Program-made: the position numbers and the translations under genes
From: Dehalococcoidia bacterium
Lineage (GTDB): Bacteria > Chloroflexota > Dehalococcoidia > GIF9 > UBA5629
Assembly: GCA_050011565.1 (NCBI GenBank)
Contig: JBEKIW010000001.1
Span: 32,001-96,000, forward strand
DNA length: 64,000 nt
Direction: 5' to 3'
Notes under the pieces: generated by a model
What the model saw: the letters and a program-made list of their open reading frames with translations, nothing else
Databases searched by the model: none
Told to the model about the DNA's origin: nothing
Shown here: piece after piece, positions 33,858 to 44,865 of the stretch
How positions within the stretch are numbered: position 1 is the stretch's first letter
How the letters are laid out: each line of letters begins with the position of its first letter

Positions 33858-36461
33858 CTATTTGCCGCAGCAGTGCTTGTATTTTTTGCCTGAGCCGCAG
33901 GGGCAGGGTTCGTTGCGGCCGACTTTTTTACCGGCGGGAACGGCGACTTTTTGAGGCTGCCTTTGGGCCGGAGCTTCCTTCTTTTGGATGGTGACCGTGA
34001 ATATATTGTGGACGACATCATGTTGTATGCCGGCGATGAGGCTCTCAAAAAAGGCGTGGCCTTCTTTTTTATAGACGACTATGGGTTCGATCTGCCGCAT
34101 AGCATATAGGCTAGCTTGCTGGCGCAGATGGTCCATTTCAGTTAGATGGTCTTTCCATAAGCTGTCGATGGAGCGCAGCATAACCAACCTCTCCACAATG
34201 CGCATGGTATCCGAGCCTACTTCTGCCTCTCGCTGCTCGTATAGCTGTCCAGCGTATTCGATAAGCTTTTCAGCGATTTCATTGGGTCTCATCTGTGAGA
34301 GCGATTTGGGATTTATATCCGGTGGTACAGTAAAGATGGTGGATAGCTCTTCGATTAAGCCGGTAAAGTCTGATTCCATAGCGTCATGGCTGCAACTGGC
34401 GGCTACCAGTTTTTCGATTTCCGCACACACCATGGATAAGATATTTGACTTGAGGTCAGCGCCTTCCAGGATTTTCCTTCGCTCGGCGTAGATTACCTCG
34501 CGGTGCTTGTTGACCACGTCGTCAAAATCAACGAGGTGCTTGCGAATGTCGAAATGGTAGCCTTCTACCTTAACCTGGGCGTTCTCTATGGCTTTGCTGA
34601 CCATAGAATGCTCGATGGGCGTGTTCTCGTCGAAGCCAGCCCAGTCCATGAAGCCTTTAACGCGGTCGCCGCCGAAGCGACGAACGACGTCGTCTTCCAG
34701 TGAAACGTAGAAGCGGGAACTGCCGGGGTCGCCCTGCCTTCCGGAGCGGCCGCGTAGCTGGTTATCGATACGCCTGGCTTCGTGGCGCTCGGTGGCGATG
34801 ACATGCAAACCGCCAAGCTCGATTACTTTATCGTGCTCTTTCTGCCATTCTGTCGCGTCGCGCTCGGCAGGAATACCACCGAGTATGATATCGACACCGC
34901 GCCCGGCCATGTTGGTGGCAACGGTAACGGCACCTACGCGGCCGGCCTGGGCTATAATTCCGGCTTCTTTCTCATGTTGTTTGGCATTGAGTATCTGGTG
35001 GGGTACGCCTCTTCTTTTAAGCAGGTCGCTCAGAAGCTCGGATTTTTCTATAGAGACGGTGCCTATGAGTACCGGCGTACCCTGCTGGTGCAGATTTTCA
35101 ATCCCCTTGGCAACAGCTTTGAATTTGGTTTCTTCGTCCTTGTAAATCTGGTCCGGGTTATCCATGCGAATCATCGGTTTATTGGTGGGTACAACGACCA
35201 CTTCAAGCTTGTAAATTTTGTGAAATTCTTCGGCTTCGGTGGCGGCGGTGCCGGTCATACCCGCCAGTTTCTTATATAGACGAAAATAGTTCTGAAAGGT
35301 GATGGTAGCCAGGGTTATGCTCTCCCGCTGGATTTTGACCCTTTCCTTGGCTTCGATGGCCTGGTGCAGCCCTTCTGAGTATCTCCTGCCGAACATGAGC
35401 CGCCCGGTGAACTCGTCGACGATGATGACCTGTCCGTCTTTGACCATGTAGTCGCGGTCTTTCCTGAACAGCACGTAGGCTTTCAGTGCATTTTCGAGGT
35501 ATTGAGTTAAGCTGTAGTTAGCCGGGTCATAGAGGCTGGGAGCTTTAAGCAAGCCATCATGACGCAGCCATTTTTCCATTTTGGTCATGCCAGAGTCGGT
35601 GAGATAGGTCTGGCGTTCTTTTTCTTCAACGGTGTAGTCCTCATCTTTTTTGAGCTGAGGAACCAGGCGGGCGAAGGTGTAGTATTTTTGAGCGGCTTCT
35701 TCGCCAGTGCCGCTGATAATAAGCGGAGTGCGGGCTTCATCGATGAGTATGTTATCCACCTCGTCGACGATGGCGTAATTTAGCGTGCGCTGGACGCATT
35801 GAGACAGGTCTATAGCCATGTTATCTCTGAGGTAGTCGAAACCAAACTCATTATTAGTGCCGTAGGTTATATCAGCCGCATAGGCTTGACGGCGGGTGAC
35901 GGGACGGAAATGGGGCCACCGGGTGTCTTTTTCACTCGTGTAATCAGGGTCATAAATGAGGGCGGGTAGTTGGTCGGTGGGGCCCTGTGTCGGGTAGATA
36001 CTGGCGACCGTTAAGCCAAGAGCATGATATATAGGGCCCATCCAGTAGGCGTCTCGCCGTGCCAGGTAATCGTTAACGGTAACCAGATGGCAGCCCTCGC
36101 CCGTAAGTGCATTCAAGTATAGAGGTAAGGTAGCGACCAGGGTTTTACCCTCGCCGGTCTTCATCTCGGCAATTTTGCCCTGGTGAAGAACCATGCCGCC
36201 CATAAGCTGCATATCGAAGTGGCGCTCACCTATAGTACGCCTGGAAGCTTCTCTGGCGGCAGCGAAGGCTTCGGGCAGTATGTCATCAAGCGTCTCGTTG
36301 TTTTTTAGTCGGCCTTTAAGCTCATCGGTCTTGGCACGAAGTTCAGCATCACTGAGCTTCTGAAAGTCTGGCTCGAGCGAATTTATCTGGTCGATAATGG
36401 GCTCAAGGCGTCTCAGTTCTTTTTCGTTGGAGTCGGTAAGGCTACCTAGCCACTTAAGCAT
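33858..36461 (-). CDS. secA: Preprotein translocase ATPase SecA
   Basis: [34 protein letters not shown]-terminal [13 protein letters not shown]. Confidence 0.99.
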   Translation of the reverse strand: MLKWLGSLTDSNEKELRRLEPIIDQINSLEPDFQKLSDAELRAKTDELKGRLKNNETLDDILPEAFAAAREASRRTIGERHFDMQLMGGMVLHQGKIAEMKTGEGKTLVATLPLYLNALTGEGCHLVTVNDYLARRDAYWMGPIYHALGLTVASIYPTQGPTDQLPALIYDPDYTSEKDTRWPHFRPVTRRQAYAADITYGTNNEFGFDYLRDNMAIDLSQCVQRTLNYAIVDEVDNILIDEARTPLIISGTGEEAAQKYYTFARLVPQLKKDEDYTVEEKERQTYLTDSGMTKMEKWLRHDGLLKAPSLYDPANYSLTQYLENALKAYVLFRKDRDYMVKDGQVIIVDEFTGRLMFGRRYSEGLHQAIEAKERVKIQRESITLATITFQNYFRLYKKLAGMTGTAATEAEEFHKIYKLEVVVVPTNKPMIRMDNPDQIYKDEETKFKAVAKGIENLHQQGTPVLIGTVSIEKSELLSDLLKRRGVPHQILNAKQHEKEAGIIAQAGRVGAVTVATNMAGRGVDIILGGIPAERDATEWQKEHDKVIELGGLHVIATERHEARRIDNQLRGRSGRQGDPGSSRFYVSLEDDVVRRFGGDRVKGFMDWAGFDENTPIEHSMVSKAIENAQVKVEGYHFDIRKHLVDFDDVVNKHREVIYAERRKILEGADLKSNILSMVCAEIEKLVAASCSHDAMESDFTGLIEELSTIFTVPPDINPKSLSQMRPNEIAEKLIEYAGQLYEQREAEVGSDTMRIVERLVMLRSIDSLWKDHLTEMDHLRQQASLYAMRQIEPIVVYKKEGHAFFESLIAGIQHDVVHNIFTVTIQKKEAPAQRQPQKVAVPAGKKVGRNEPCPCGSGKKYKHCCGK

Positions 36462-36467
36462 GGTTCT

Positions 36468-37406
36468 TTACTCGAATAGGGCGCCTACAGATAGGCCGGT
36501 GTGAATGCGGTGTATGGCTTCGCCGAAAAGCGGAGCTATGGGCAGTACGGTTATCTTGTCCAGCTTCTTCTTTTTATTGCTGGGAAGTGTGTCAGTAACG
36601 ACAACCTCTTTAACTGGGGATTTGGCGATGCGCTCAATAGCCGGCCCGGAGAATACCGGGTGGGTGCAGCAGGAGTAGACTTCGGTGGCTCCGTGTTCCA
36701 GAAGTGTCTCCACAGCTCCGACCAACGAGCCGGCGGTGTCTATTTCATCGTCGATAGTCAAAGCGCACATTCCCTCGACGTGACCGATGATATCGAGCGT
36801 TTCCGAGGCGTCAGCATTGCCTATCCGCCTCTTTTCGATAATTGCCAGTCGGGCATTAAGCTTGGCTGCCATATCACGGGCACGCGCCGATATGCCGATA
36901 TCAGTGGCGACCACTACCAGGTTATCGAGTTTTTTCTCCTTCCAGTAATTGCTGAGTATGAAGAGAGCAGTTAGTTCGTCTACGGGTATATTGAAAAAGC
37001 CTTGAATTTGAGCAGCGTGCAGATCCATGGTTAACAGGCGGTTAGCGCCGGCGGTGGTAAGCAGGTCGGCTATTAATCTGGCGGTGATAGGCACGCGGGG
37101 CTGGTCTTTCTTGTCGGTACGACCGTAGGCATAGTATGGGATGACGGCGGTGATTCTGCCAGCTGAGGCTCGTTTGAAAGCATCAACCATGATGAGGAGT
37201 TCCACCAGATTTTTGTTGACTGGAGTGGACAGCGGCTGAACGATAAAGATGTCTCGTTCACGTACATTTTCCAGTATACGAACGAAAATGTTCTCATTGG
37301 TGAATTCAAAGACCTCAGCTCTGCCCAGAGGTATTTTAAGGTAGCCACATATTGCCTGAGCTAACGCAGGATGAGCATTGCCGGTGAATACCTTCAGTTC
37401 ATCCAT
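36468..37406 (-). CDS. prs: Ribose-phosphate pyrophosphokinase
   Basis: PYYAYGRTDKK, DLHAAQIQGFF, DDEIDTAGS. Confidence 0.97.
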   Translation of the reverse strand: MDELKVFTGNAHPALAQAICGYLKIPLGRAEVFEFTNENIFVRILENVRERDIFIVQPLSTPVNKNLVELLIMVDAFKRASAGRITAVIPYYAYGRTDKKDQPRVPITARLIADLLTTAGANRLLTMDLHAAQIQGFFNIPVDELTALFILSNYWKEKKLDNLVVVATDIGISARARDMAAKLNARLAIIEKRRIGNADASETLDIIGHVEGMCALTIDDEIDTAGSLVGAVETLLEHGATEVYSCCTHPVFSGPAIERIAKSPVKEVVVTDTLPSNKKKKLDKITVLPIAPLFGEAIHRIHTGLSVGALFE

Positions 37407-37492
37407 ATAACTCTCCCTTTATTTTTGTAAAATAATTATAGCACCAATGAGGCTATCGTGTCCTAATATTCTTGGCCCCAATGAGTTTATTT

Positions 37493-37631
37493 TGTCACCC
37501 TGAACGAAGTGAAGGGTCTAGACCCTTCAGGGAGTACATCTGGTGTACTATGAGATTCTTCACGGAGTTTACCCTGAGTGGAGATTCTTCGACAAGCTCA
37601 GAATGAGCGTAATGAAGGGCTCAGAATGACA
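37493..37631. repeat. Nested palindromic MITE-like repeat cluster
   Basis: TGTCACCCTGAACGAAGTGAAGGGTCT ... GAGATTCTTC (x2) ... GCTCAGAATGA (x2); outer arms imperfectly complementary; 20-bp perfect palindrome at 37510-37529. Confidence 0.65.
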
Positions 37632-37640
37632 AGGGGCGGT

Positions 37641-37670
37641 GTAGGCATAGGTCTGAAGACCCGTCCCTAC
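37641..37670. repeat. GTAG-type REP-like palindrome
   Basis: GTAGGCATAGGTCTGAAGACCCGTCCCTAC: GTAGG...CCTAC ends around a GGTCT/AGACC hairpin. Confidence 0.55.
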
Positions 37671-37721
37671 TTTACTCGTCTAATTCAAGGGAATGTTACC
37701 TCAGTGTATAATACTTTAGAG

Positions 37722-38408
37722 ATGGTTGTAGTGAACGTTGCACATGTGCTGAAGTTGTTGAGCGCGGAGTATGGAGAGAAACGGTGGCGGGCAAGGAAGA
37801 GCCCGGTAGCCGTGCTGGTTCAGACGATTCTTTCTCAGAACACGTCAGATAGAAACTCCGAACGTGCTTTCAAGCACCTTTTAGCCTCTTTTGACGGCTG
37901 GGAAAAGATAGCTAATGTCGGTGTCGGTCGGATTCGTGAGGCCATTAAAGTCGGTGGCCTGGGAACAGTTAAAGCCAGGTACATCAAGCAATCCCTGCAG
38001 GAAATACGGCGTAGGCAAGGCGGGTTCGAACTGGACTTTTTACGAAAGCTGCCTGTAGATGAAGCCAGGGATTGGCTGAGGCAATTACCCGGGGTGGGCA
38101 TGAAAACAGCGAGCGTAGTTTTGCTATTCTCCCTGGGGATGCCGGCTTTACCGGTGGATACACATGTCTTCCGGGTCACCAAAAGGCTAGGCTTGATTGA
38201 TTCCAAGATTTCAGTGGAGAAAGCGCACGGGCTGCTTGAGAGGCTTGTTCCGCCTCAAGATATCTATCAGTTTCACATGTTGTTGATAGAGCATGGCAGG
38301 ACGATGTGCAAAGCTCAGCGACCTCGCTGCAGGGAGTGTGTGTTGGGCAGTTTGTGTCCTAGCTACGAGAAGTTTGTGGGGAAACCGTGGACTGGACGGG
38401 CAATCTAA
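37722..38408 (+). CDS. nth: Endonuclease III (HhH-GPD, 4Fe-4S)
   Basis: TILSQNT, LPGVGMKTA, PVDTHVFR, CKAQRPRCRECVLGSLC; start trimmed to ATG 37722 after TGTATAAT. Confidence 0.92.
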   Translation: MVVVNVAHVLKLLSAEYGEKRWRARKSPVAVLVQTILSQNTSDRNSERAFKHLLASFDGWEKIANVGVGRIREAIKVGGLGTVKARYIKQSLQEIRRRQGGFELDFLRKLPVDEARDWLRQLPGVGMKTASVVLLFSLGMPALPVDTHVFRVTKRLGLIDSKISVEKAHGLLERLVPPQDIYQFHMLLIEHGRTMCKAQRPRCRECVLGSLCPSYEKFVGKPWTGRAI

Positions 38409-39798
38409 CCACGAATTCTGTTCCTTTGCCCAACGTGCTTTTAGCCATGATGTCTCCACCATGGGCCAGGACTATCTGTCTGGCAATAGCCAGGCCCAGT
38501 CCGGCGCCAGCTTTGCCGGCTGAAGGGTCAGCCCGGTAAAAGCGTTCGAAGACATGTCGCATCTGCTCTGCGGGTATACCGGGGCCGGTATCGGTTATGG
38601 AAATCTCGGCAAAATTAGGATTGGGATGCCGGGCAATGATGCTTACATCACCGCCGGCCGGTGTGTGTTTCAAGGCATTGTCGAGCAAGTTGCTGAAGAC
38701 CTGCTCCAGGCGGTCGATATCGCCGATTACAGGCGGCAAAGGTTCAATGTCCGTTTTCAGTTTTATGTCTTTTTCTTCGGCGTGCATGGAAAATATCTCG
38801 TGGCACTGCTGCAGTAATTCTTTCAAATCCACAGGTTCTTTGACCATAGTTACCTGGCCCGATTCAAGTCGGGAAAACTCGAGCAGTTCCTCCACCAGCT
38901 TCATCATACGTTTCGATTCGTCCTCGATGACGGTGGCGGCCTTAAGCTGGGCTTCTTTGCCCTTAGCCGTTCCGTCGACAATGGCCTGGGCGAATCCCTT
39001 TATGGAAGTAAGCGGACTTCTCAGTTCATGAGAGACATCGGCGACAAAGTCGCGAAGCATCTGTTGAGAGTGCTTCACCTGCTTTGACATCTGGTTGAAG
39101 CTTTTAGCCAACCCTTTTACCTCTTTCGGGCCGTCCACCGGCACCTGTTGTTCGTAGTTACCGCGAGCTATTTCTTCAGCGGCATTTGTCACCCGGCGGA
39201 TAGGTACATAGACGGAGCGAGCCAGGACAACGGCTATAAGTATGGAGACAGCCAGGGCGACAAGCCCCGCCCAGAGAAATGGTTTAGCGAAGTCAGCCCA
39301 GATGGCAAGAGCCTGACTACGTGGCACTGCCAGGACTAGGGTCTCCGGATTGGGTGGATTGGTTGGTCTGAACAATCCAGCAAGCGGTTGGGCCACAAAT
39401 ATGAATCTTTCTCCATCAGGTGCTGTATAAGTTCCTCGATACGGCGTCGGCCTGTCGGTGGGTGGTTTTGGGATTTCAAGCTTAGAGGGTGGTGTCCAGG
39501 AATTATCCTTCGGCACCGCCTGTTTAAGAACCGTGTCCTCAGCGTCCAGTAAAAAGATGTACGTGCCAGTTTCTTGTGACATCTCCTGCAGGTTAGTCCA
39601 TGCCTGGTTCAGAGGAACTTGACCTCTAGCTGCGGCTCTGAACTGAACATAAATAGGCAGCGCAGTGTCTGCCAGGCGTGCCATCGCCAGCCTGTTAATT
39701 TGGTCGCCAAGTAAGACTACCAGCGAAGCAGCGACTATACCCAGGCACAAAACTATGATAAGAACGTATGAAAGAATAAGACGCATCCGCAGGCTCAT
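38359..39798 (-). CDS. Sensor histidine kinase (2 TM, HAMP, HisKA, HATPase)
   Basis: SHELRSPLT, NLLDNALK, DTGPG, FERFYR, GLGLAI. Confidence 0.95.
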   Translation of the reverse strand: MSLRMRLILSYVLIIVLCLGIVAASLVVLLGDQINRLAMARLADTALPIYVQFRAAARGQVPLNQAWTNLQEMSQETGTYIFLLDAEDTVLKQAVPKDNSWTPPSKLEIPKPPTDRPTPYRGTYTAPDGERFIFVAQPLAGLFRPTNPPNPETLVLAVPRSQALAIWADFAKPFLWAGLVALAVSILIAVVLARSVYVPIRRVTNAAEEIARGNYEQQVPVDGPKEVKGLAKSFNQMSKQVKHSQQMLRDFVADVSHELRSPLTSIKGFAQAIVDGTAKGKEAQLKAATVIEDESKRMMKLVEELLEFSRLESGQVTMVKEPVDLKELLQQCHEIFSMHAEEKDIKLKTDIEPLPPVIGDIDRLEQVFSNLLDNALKHTPAGGDVSIIARHPNPNFAEISITDTGPGIPAEQMRHVFERFYRADPSAGKAGAGLGLAIARQIVLAHGGDIMAKSTLGKGTEFVVRLPVQSTVSPQTSRS

Positions 39799-39839
39799 AC
39801 GAAACCTCTATAGGACGGCTTCCCTGGGCAAATTCACTT

Positions 39840-40529
39840 TCAACTATTAGACGCCCGCGATTTCAGTATCATCTTGTAGCCTATACCTCGGACTGTCTCT
39901 ATGGAAACGTTGGCGCCACCTAATTTGTCCCGAAGGTGGTTAATATGTATGTCCACAGTTCGGGTTTCACCATAGTAATCAGTTTCCCAAACAATCTCAA
40001 GAAGTCTATCTCTGGTCAGTACAACTCCAAGGTTTTGAGCCAGTGTTGCCAGCAGGTTGAACTCCTTGGTTCGTAATCGAAGCGCTTGTTTACCTATACT
40101 TGCTTCGCGACGGGCGGGGTCGATTCGTAGATTGCCCACCTCAATGGCTTCTCCAGATTTGAGCCCGGCTTTGTAGCGGCGGAGAATTGCCTTGACTCTG
40201 GCTACTAATTCTCTAGGATTAAAAGGTTTTGTTATGTAGTCGTCGGCCCCAAGCTCGAGACCGACTATTTTGTCAACATCTTCTTTTCGTGCGGTGAGCA
40301 TAAGTATGGGGACATCGCTTTTCTTTCGTATCTCGCGGCACACTTCAAAGCCATCTATGTCCGGCAGCATTAAATCCAGGACGATGAGCGAGGGCTTAAT
40401 TGAGTTCATTTTGGACAGCGCATCATTGCCGTTGCCAACTCCTTCCACTCGATAACCTTCTTGCTCAAGGTAGAGTTTGGCTAGGGCTACAATGTTCGGT
40501 TCGTCGTCGACGACTAGTATGGCTGTCAT
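39840..40529 (-). CDS. OmpR-family response regulator
   Basis: VVDDE, LDLMLP, GADDYITKPF, RTVDIHI, ETVRGIGY. Confidence 0.96.
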   Translation of the reverse strand: MTAILVVDDEPNIVALAKLYLEQEGYRVEGVGNGNDALSKMNSIKPSLIVLDLMLPDIDGFEVCREIRKKSDVPILMLTARKEDVDKIVGLELGADDYITKPFNPRELVARVKAILRRYKAGLKSGEAIEVGNLRIDPARREASIGKQALRLRTKEFNLLATLAQNLGVVLTRDRLLEIVWETDYYGETRTVDIHINHLRDKLGGANVSIETVRGIGYKMILKSRASNS

Positions 40530-40679
40530 TACATACCTCGGAAAACCTCTTGGTAATTATATCTCAAAGGCTCTTACTATGCTTACGGTCCCAAATGTTG
40601 GCAAGCCAGGCCGTGCCCGGCTTGCCCACCGTAACTAATACATCGTTTTTGTCGGTTAAATCATTAAGAATAGTATTTC

Positions 40680-41387
40680 CTACTCTCCTTGTGGTCCGAA
40701 TTGGCGCCCGAGTTGAAGTGGCGGCACATCTGGCCTGGCTTTTATCCAGGCTTTGTATGCGTCCGCCTGCTGCTGCGTCCATGCGCCTTGATTTACAAAC
40801 TCCTGGAGTCTGGTATCCAAAGCACTCTCGCGTAATTCACGCTGAGCCTGTTTAAAGGCATTTTCCAGGTCTTGTTTGTCTATCCCGAGGATGCCAGCCA
40901 CGCGCGTCAGCAGTGCATCGCGGTTTTCCTGGATTTTCTGTACCCTCTCTTTGAGTAACTGAGGCTGAATCTTCGACATATCCGGTCTGGCCTTTACCCA
41001 TGCCTTGAGAGCATCTAACTGCTCCTGAGTTATTTTGCCCTCATCTAGCAGTTTTTTAAGTTCTGCAGGTCGGACATTTGGAACATCTGCCGGCCTTGAC
41101 TCCATCCACACCTTAATCTCGTCGGCTTGCTGCTGGGTCAATGTGCCATTGGCTATTAGTTCCTGAAGTCTGGCGTCGGGAGTTTCCTTTGGCAATTCCC
41201 CCTGGGCTTGTTTGACCGCATCTACCAGTTTTTGCTGGTCTAAACCCAGTATTTGGGCGACTCGAGCCATCAGGACACCCTGGCGTTGCGGTGCTTCACT
41301 TTCTTGAGCCAGGGCTACAAAAGGCAGGCTCGTGGTGAGCATTACAGCCACCAATACGGTGGCAAGGACAATCTTGATTCCTTTCAT
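40680..41387 (-). CDS. Secreted helical-repeat hypothetical protein
   Basis: Signal peptide (ALA-Q); three LxxLxxxGxxTQxQxDxxKxWxxxRP repeats; AAGGAGG SD. Confidence 0.75.
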   Translation of the reverse strand: MKGIKIVLATVLVAVMLTTSLPFVALAQESEAPQRQGVLMARVAQILGLDQQKLVDAVKQAQGELPKETPDARLQELIANGTLTQQQADEIKVWMESRPADVPNVRPAELKKLLDEGKITQEQLDALKAWVKARPDMSKIQPQLLKERVQKIQENRDALLTRVAGILGIDKQDLENAFKQAQRELRESALDTRLQEFVNQGAWTQQQADAYKAWIKARPDVPPLQLGRQFGPQGE

Positions 41388-41624
41388 TGCTTTATGACCT
41401 CCTTTATTTTGACTGGAAGCTAACTTCAGGCCATGTCAGGGCCCTTAGTCCAAGGTCTGAGTCAACTCATACAGTCTACTATCAGTGTAGCAGCCGATTG
41501 TTGCCTTGGTTTTATCCTTGTGTAAAGTTTGCGTAAACATTAAATGTAATGGGCGTATCAAGCCAATCTATAGGAGGAGGCTCTAAAATGTGAAGGAGGC
41601 TAAATGGCTTGTGGCGAATCTGAC

Positions 41625-42377
41625 CTATTTTTTAAGACCAAATGTGTAAGAACAGGCTGCAATCATGGCTGTGGCAAATAATACCAATATGAGGAACTCG
41701 ACATAAATTGGTAGTAAGGAATCCGCCCCGCTGAAAGTAGCCCAGCGCAAGACATCTACTCCGTAAGTTAGCGGGTTTATATAGCTAAAGTCTCTCAGCC
41801 AGGCCGGAGCCGAGGTCAATGGGAACAAAGCTCCGCTGGTGAAGAACATAGGCATAATCACCAGGCTCATGATGAAATTAAAACCTTCGAGGCTGGTCAT
41901 TAGCGATGCCATAAGCAGCCCCACGGAGACCAGCCCAATGGAGATTAGAACCATAGTCGGGAGTAGTATCACGAAAGATATCGGCGACAGGTGAACACCG
42001 ACCAGAAACGAAAGAGGCAGCAAAATGGTTCCCTGGATGAGGGCACTCGTTCCGCTGCCCAGAGCTTTACCGATTACGATTGCAGTGCGGGATACAGGCG
42101 CCACTAAAATCTCTTTGAGGAAGCCGAATTCCCTGTCCCAAATTACGGAAATCCCGGAAAATACAGAGGTGAAAAGAAGGGTCATGCCGAGAATGCCGGG
42201 AAATATATAGGTTTGGTAGGTTTGTGCACCGGGCACTTGTATACCGCGTAAGCCGCTGCCAAAAACTAAGAGCCAGAGCAAGGGTAATATAAGTGAGGAA
42301 ACAATCCGTGACTTTTCACGCCAGTATCTGAGCACTTCCCGATGCCATAGTCCGTAAATTTTCCTGAGCTCGCTCAT
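41625..42377 (-). CDS. ABC-2 type exporter permease
   Basis: DREFGFLKEILVAPVSR, NPLTYGVD; multi-TM. Confidence 0.92.
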   Translation of the reverse strand: MSELRKIYGLWHREVLRYWREKSRIVSSLILPLLWLLVFGSGLRGIQVPGAQTYQTYIFPGILGMTLLFTSVFSGISVIWDREFGFLKEILVAPVSRTAIVIGKALGSGTSALIQGTILLPLSFLVGVHLSPISFVILLPTMVLISIGLVSVGLLMASLMTSLEGFNFIMSLVIMPMFFTSGALFPLTSAPAWLRDFSYINPLTYGVDVLRWATFSGADSLLPIYVEFLILVLFATAMIAACSYTFGLKK

Positions 42378-43366
42378 CTGCCCCCTCTTCTTCTCATAAA
42401 CGTCCGGAATGATGGCTCGGCTTCTTCTTCTCTTATATCCCGGCCTGTATAGTAAAGGAATACGTCATTTAATGTCGGGTGGTGGATGGACACGGAACTG
42501 GCTTCCACTCCAATCTCAGTGGCAATTTTAATTATTCTGGGTATGAGCTTTTCGGCATTGGGTACAGTCAATCTTAGGGAATCTTTGGAGGAGTCTATTT
42601 GGTGGGTGAGCCTGAGCTCGGTCAGTTTGGTGGCAAGTTTTTTAGGCTGGTTTGTAGTGATGGTTATGACATCACCTTTTAGAGCTGTCTTTAAATTGGC
42701 CGGTGTGTCGATGACCTTGATTTTTCCGTAGTCAATGATGGCTACCCGTTGGCAAAGCTGGTCGGCTTCCTCCATGTAATGGGTAGTGAGGATAATGGTG
42801 ATTTCAGTGGTTCTGGCCAGGTTTTCAATGTATTCCCACAGATGCTCACGGGTTTGAGGGTCGAGCCCCAGTGTCGGCTCGTCAAGGAAGAGTACTTTGG
42901 GCTGATGAAGCAAACCTCTGGCTAATTCCAATCGCCTTCTCATGCCGCCGGAATATGTTTTCATGGCGAAATCAGCTCTATCCTCTAATCCTACCAGGTT
43001 CAAAACCTCCGTTATACGCTTTCTGGCCAGGTCTCCTGTAACGTCATACAGGCAAGCATGAAGCTGTAAGTTTTCCCTGCCAGTTAGGCGGTCGTCTATG
43101 CTCGGGTCCTGAAAAACGATACCTATGCTGCGTCTGACCTTTGATGACTGCTTCAGTATGTCAAAACCATTGACCCTGGCGGTGCCAGAGGAGGGGCTCA
43201 CTATAGTGCAAAGCATAGAGATTATGGTTGTTTTACCGGCGCCGTTGGGGCCGAGCAGTCCGAATACCTCACCGTGGTCTATGGTAAGGTTTAGCTTATC
43301 GACGGCGGTAAGCTCACCATATTTCTTGGTTAAATCCCTGGTTTCTATGGCAGTTTTTTGTTCCAT
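42374..43366 (-). CDS. ABC exporter ATP-binding subunit (DrrA-like)
   Basis: GPNGAGKTT, YSGGMRRRLE, LDEPT, TTHYMEEA. Confidence 0.93.
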   Translation of the reverse strand: MEQKTAIETRDLTKKYGELTAVDKLNLTIDHGEVFGLLGPNGAGKTTIISMLCTIVSPSSGTARVNGFDILKQSSKVRRSIGIVFQDPSIDDRLTGRENLQLHACLYDVTGDLARKRITEVLNLVGLEDRADFAMKTYSGGMRRRLELARGLLHQPKVLFLDEPTLGLDPQTREHLWEYIENLARTTEITIILTTHYMEEADQLCQRVAIIDYGKIKVIDTPANLKTALKGDVITITTNQPKKLATKLTELRLTHQIDSSKDSLRLTVPNAEKLIPRIIKIATEIGVEASSVSIHHPTLNDVFLYYTGRDIREEEAEPSFRTFMRRRGGR

Positions 43367-43496
43367 GGTTTTACTAAAGTCTTTGAATGTTCTAGAGCGA
43401 TTTGCGAGATGGGCTGTTACCCGGCGGTAATGCGGTTGGTTGTCACTTCGCTTTCGTATTATGCAATTTAGCGTAACATTTCATTAATAATTTTGC

Positions 43497-44738
43497 CTAG
43501 TCGATTCCAGGTGCTGGAAAACGGCTGCATATATCGGCAACTTGTCCGGATATTTCCTTTTGTATCTTTTTGTCCTTGGGGTCGGAGAGCACCTTAATAA
43601 TGAAAGAGGCAATCTGCTTCATTTCCCTGGGGCCGAAGCCTCTGGTGGTTATGGCTGGTGTGCCCAGTCTGATGCCGCTGGTTATCTGCGGCGACCTGGG
43701 GTCTGAAGGTATAGAGTTCCTGTTAACCAAAATTCCAGAGGCTTCAAGTGCTTCCTGTGCGGTAATACCGGTTATGCCGGTGGAGGTGAGGTCAACGAGG
43801 ATGAGGTGGTTGTCGGTGCCGCCTGATACCAGACGTAAACCGTCCTTCTGAAGTTCAGCGGCCAGAACCCTAGCATTCTCCAGGACGGCTTTCTGGTAGG
43901 TGACGAATTCAGGTTGCATGGCTTCAAAGAAGGCTATGGCTTTGGCTGCGATGGCGTGCATCAGTGGTCCGCCCTGCATCGTAGGGAAAACAGCGGCATC
44001 TATTTTGGCAGCCAGGTCTTCTTTACATAAAATAAAACCACTTCGAGGACCGCGCAGGGTCTTGTGAGTCGAGGAGGTCACAATTTGTGCATGGGGTACC
44101 GGAGAAGGATGTAATTTAGCAGCTACTAATCCCGCCAGATGCGCCATATCCGCCACGAGCTGAGCACCGGCGGCGTCGGCTATCCTGCGGAAGCGGGGGA
44201 AGTCAATGATTCGAGGATAGGCGCTGGCACCACAGACTATAAGCTTTGGCTTGTGCTTTACAGCTAGTTTCTCTATGTTGTCGTAATCGAGCCTTTCAGT
44301 TTTCGGGTCGAGTCCATAGGGCACAAAGTTATACCATTTGCCCGAGAAATTAGCCGGAGCACCGTGAGTCAGATGACCGCCATGACTTAAACTCATTCCC
44401 ATAACGGTATCACCGGGCTCAAGACAGGCGAAATAAGCCGCCATATTTGCCTGGCTGCCGCTGTGGGGCTGGACGTTTGCGTGCTGGGCGTTGAACAGTT
44501 TCTTGGCTCGCTCGATTGCCAGGCTTTCGATAGCATCTACATTGGGGCAGCCGGCATAATAGCGGCGATGCGGGTAACCTTCGGCATATTTGTTGGTTAG
44601 TATAGAGCCTTGAGCCTCGAGCACCGCTCGGCTGGCGTAATTTTCGGCGGCAATAAGATTTATGGTCTCCTTTTGCCGCCTAGCTTCTAGCTTAAGAAAT
44701 CGCGCGATTTCGGTATCTTGTTTGGAATTAACGGACAA
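43497..44738 (-). CDS. glyA: Serine hydroxymethyltransferase
   Basis: [41 protein letters not shown]. Confidence 0.98.
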   Translation of the reverse strand: MSVNSKQDTEIARFLKLEARRQKETINLIAAENYASRAVLEAQGSILTNKYAEGYPHRRYYAGCPNVDAIESLAIERAKKLFNAQHANVQPHSGSQANMAAYFACLEPGDTVMGMSLSHGGHLTHGAPANFSGKWYNFVPYGLDPKTERLDYDNIEKLAVKHKPKLIVCGASAYPRIIDFPRFRRIADAAGAQLVADMAHLAGLVAAKLHPSPVPHAQIVTSSTHKTLRGPRSGFILCKEDLAAKIDAAVFPTMQGGPLMHAIAAKAIAFFEAMQPEFVTYQKAVLENARVLAAELQKDGLRLVSGGTDNHLILVDLTSTGITGITAQEALEASGILVNRNSIPSDPRSPQITSGIRLGTPAITTRGFGPREMKQIASFIIKVLSDPKDKKIQKEISGQVADICSRFPAPGID

Positions 44739-44865
44739 TCTGAGTCTCCAGAAGATTTAGAGAATGATACCACCACCTTCAAATCAGGTCAACAATTTAC
44801 GTTTTTACCAGGGCGTGGCTAGAAAAATGACTATTGAGGATAGCTACAAACTTGCCACATCCGGC

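Noticed and set aside
37578-37721. N-terminal extension of endonuclease III
   Set aside because: It is translated repeat and promoter sequence.
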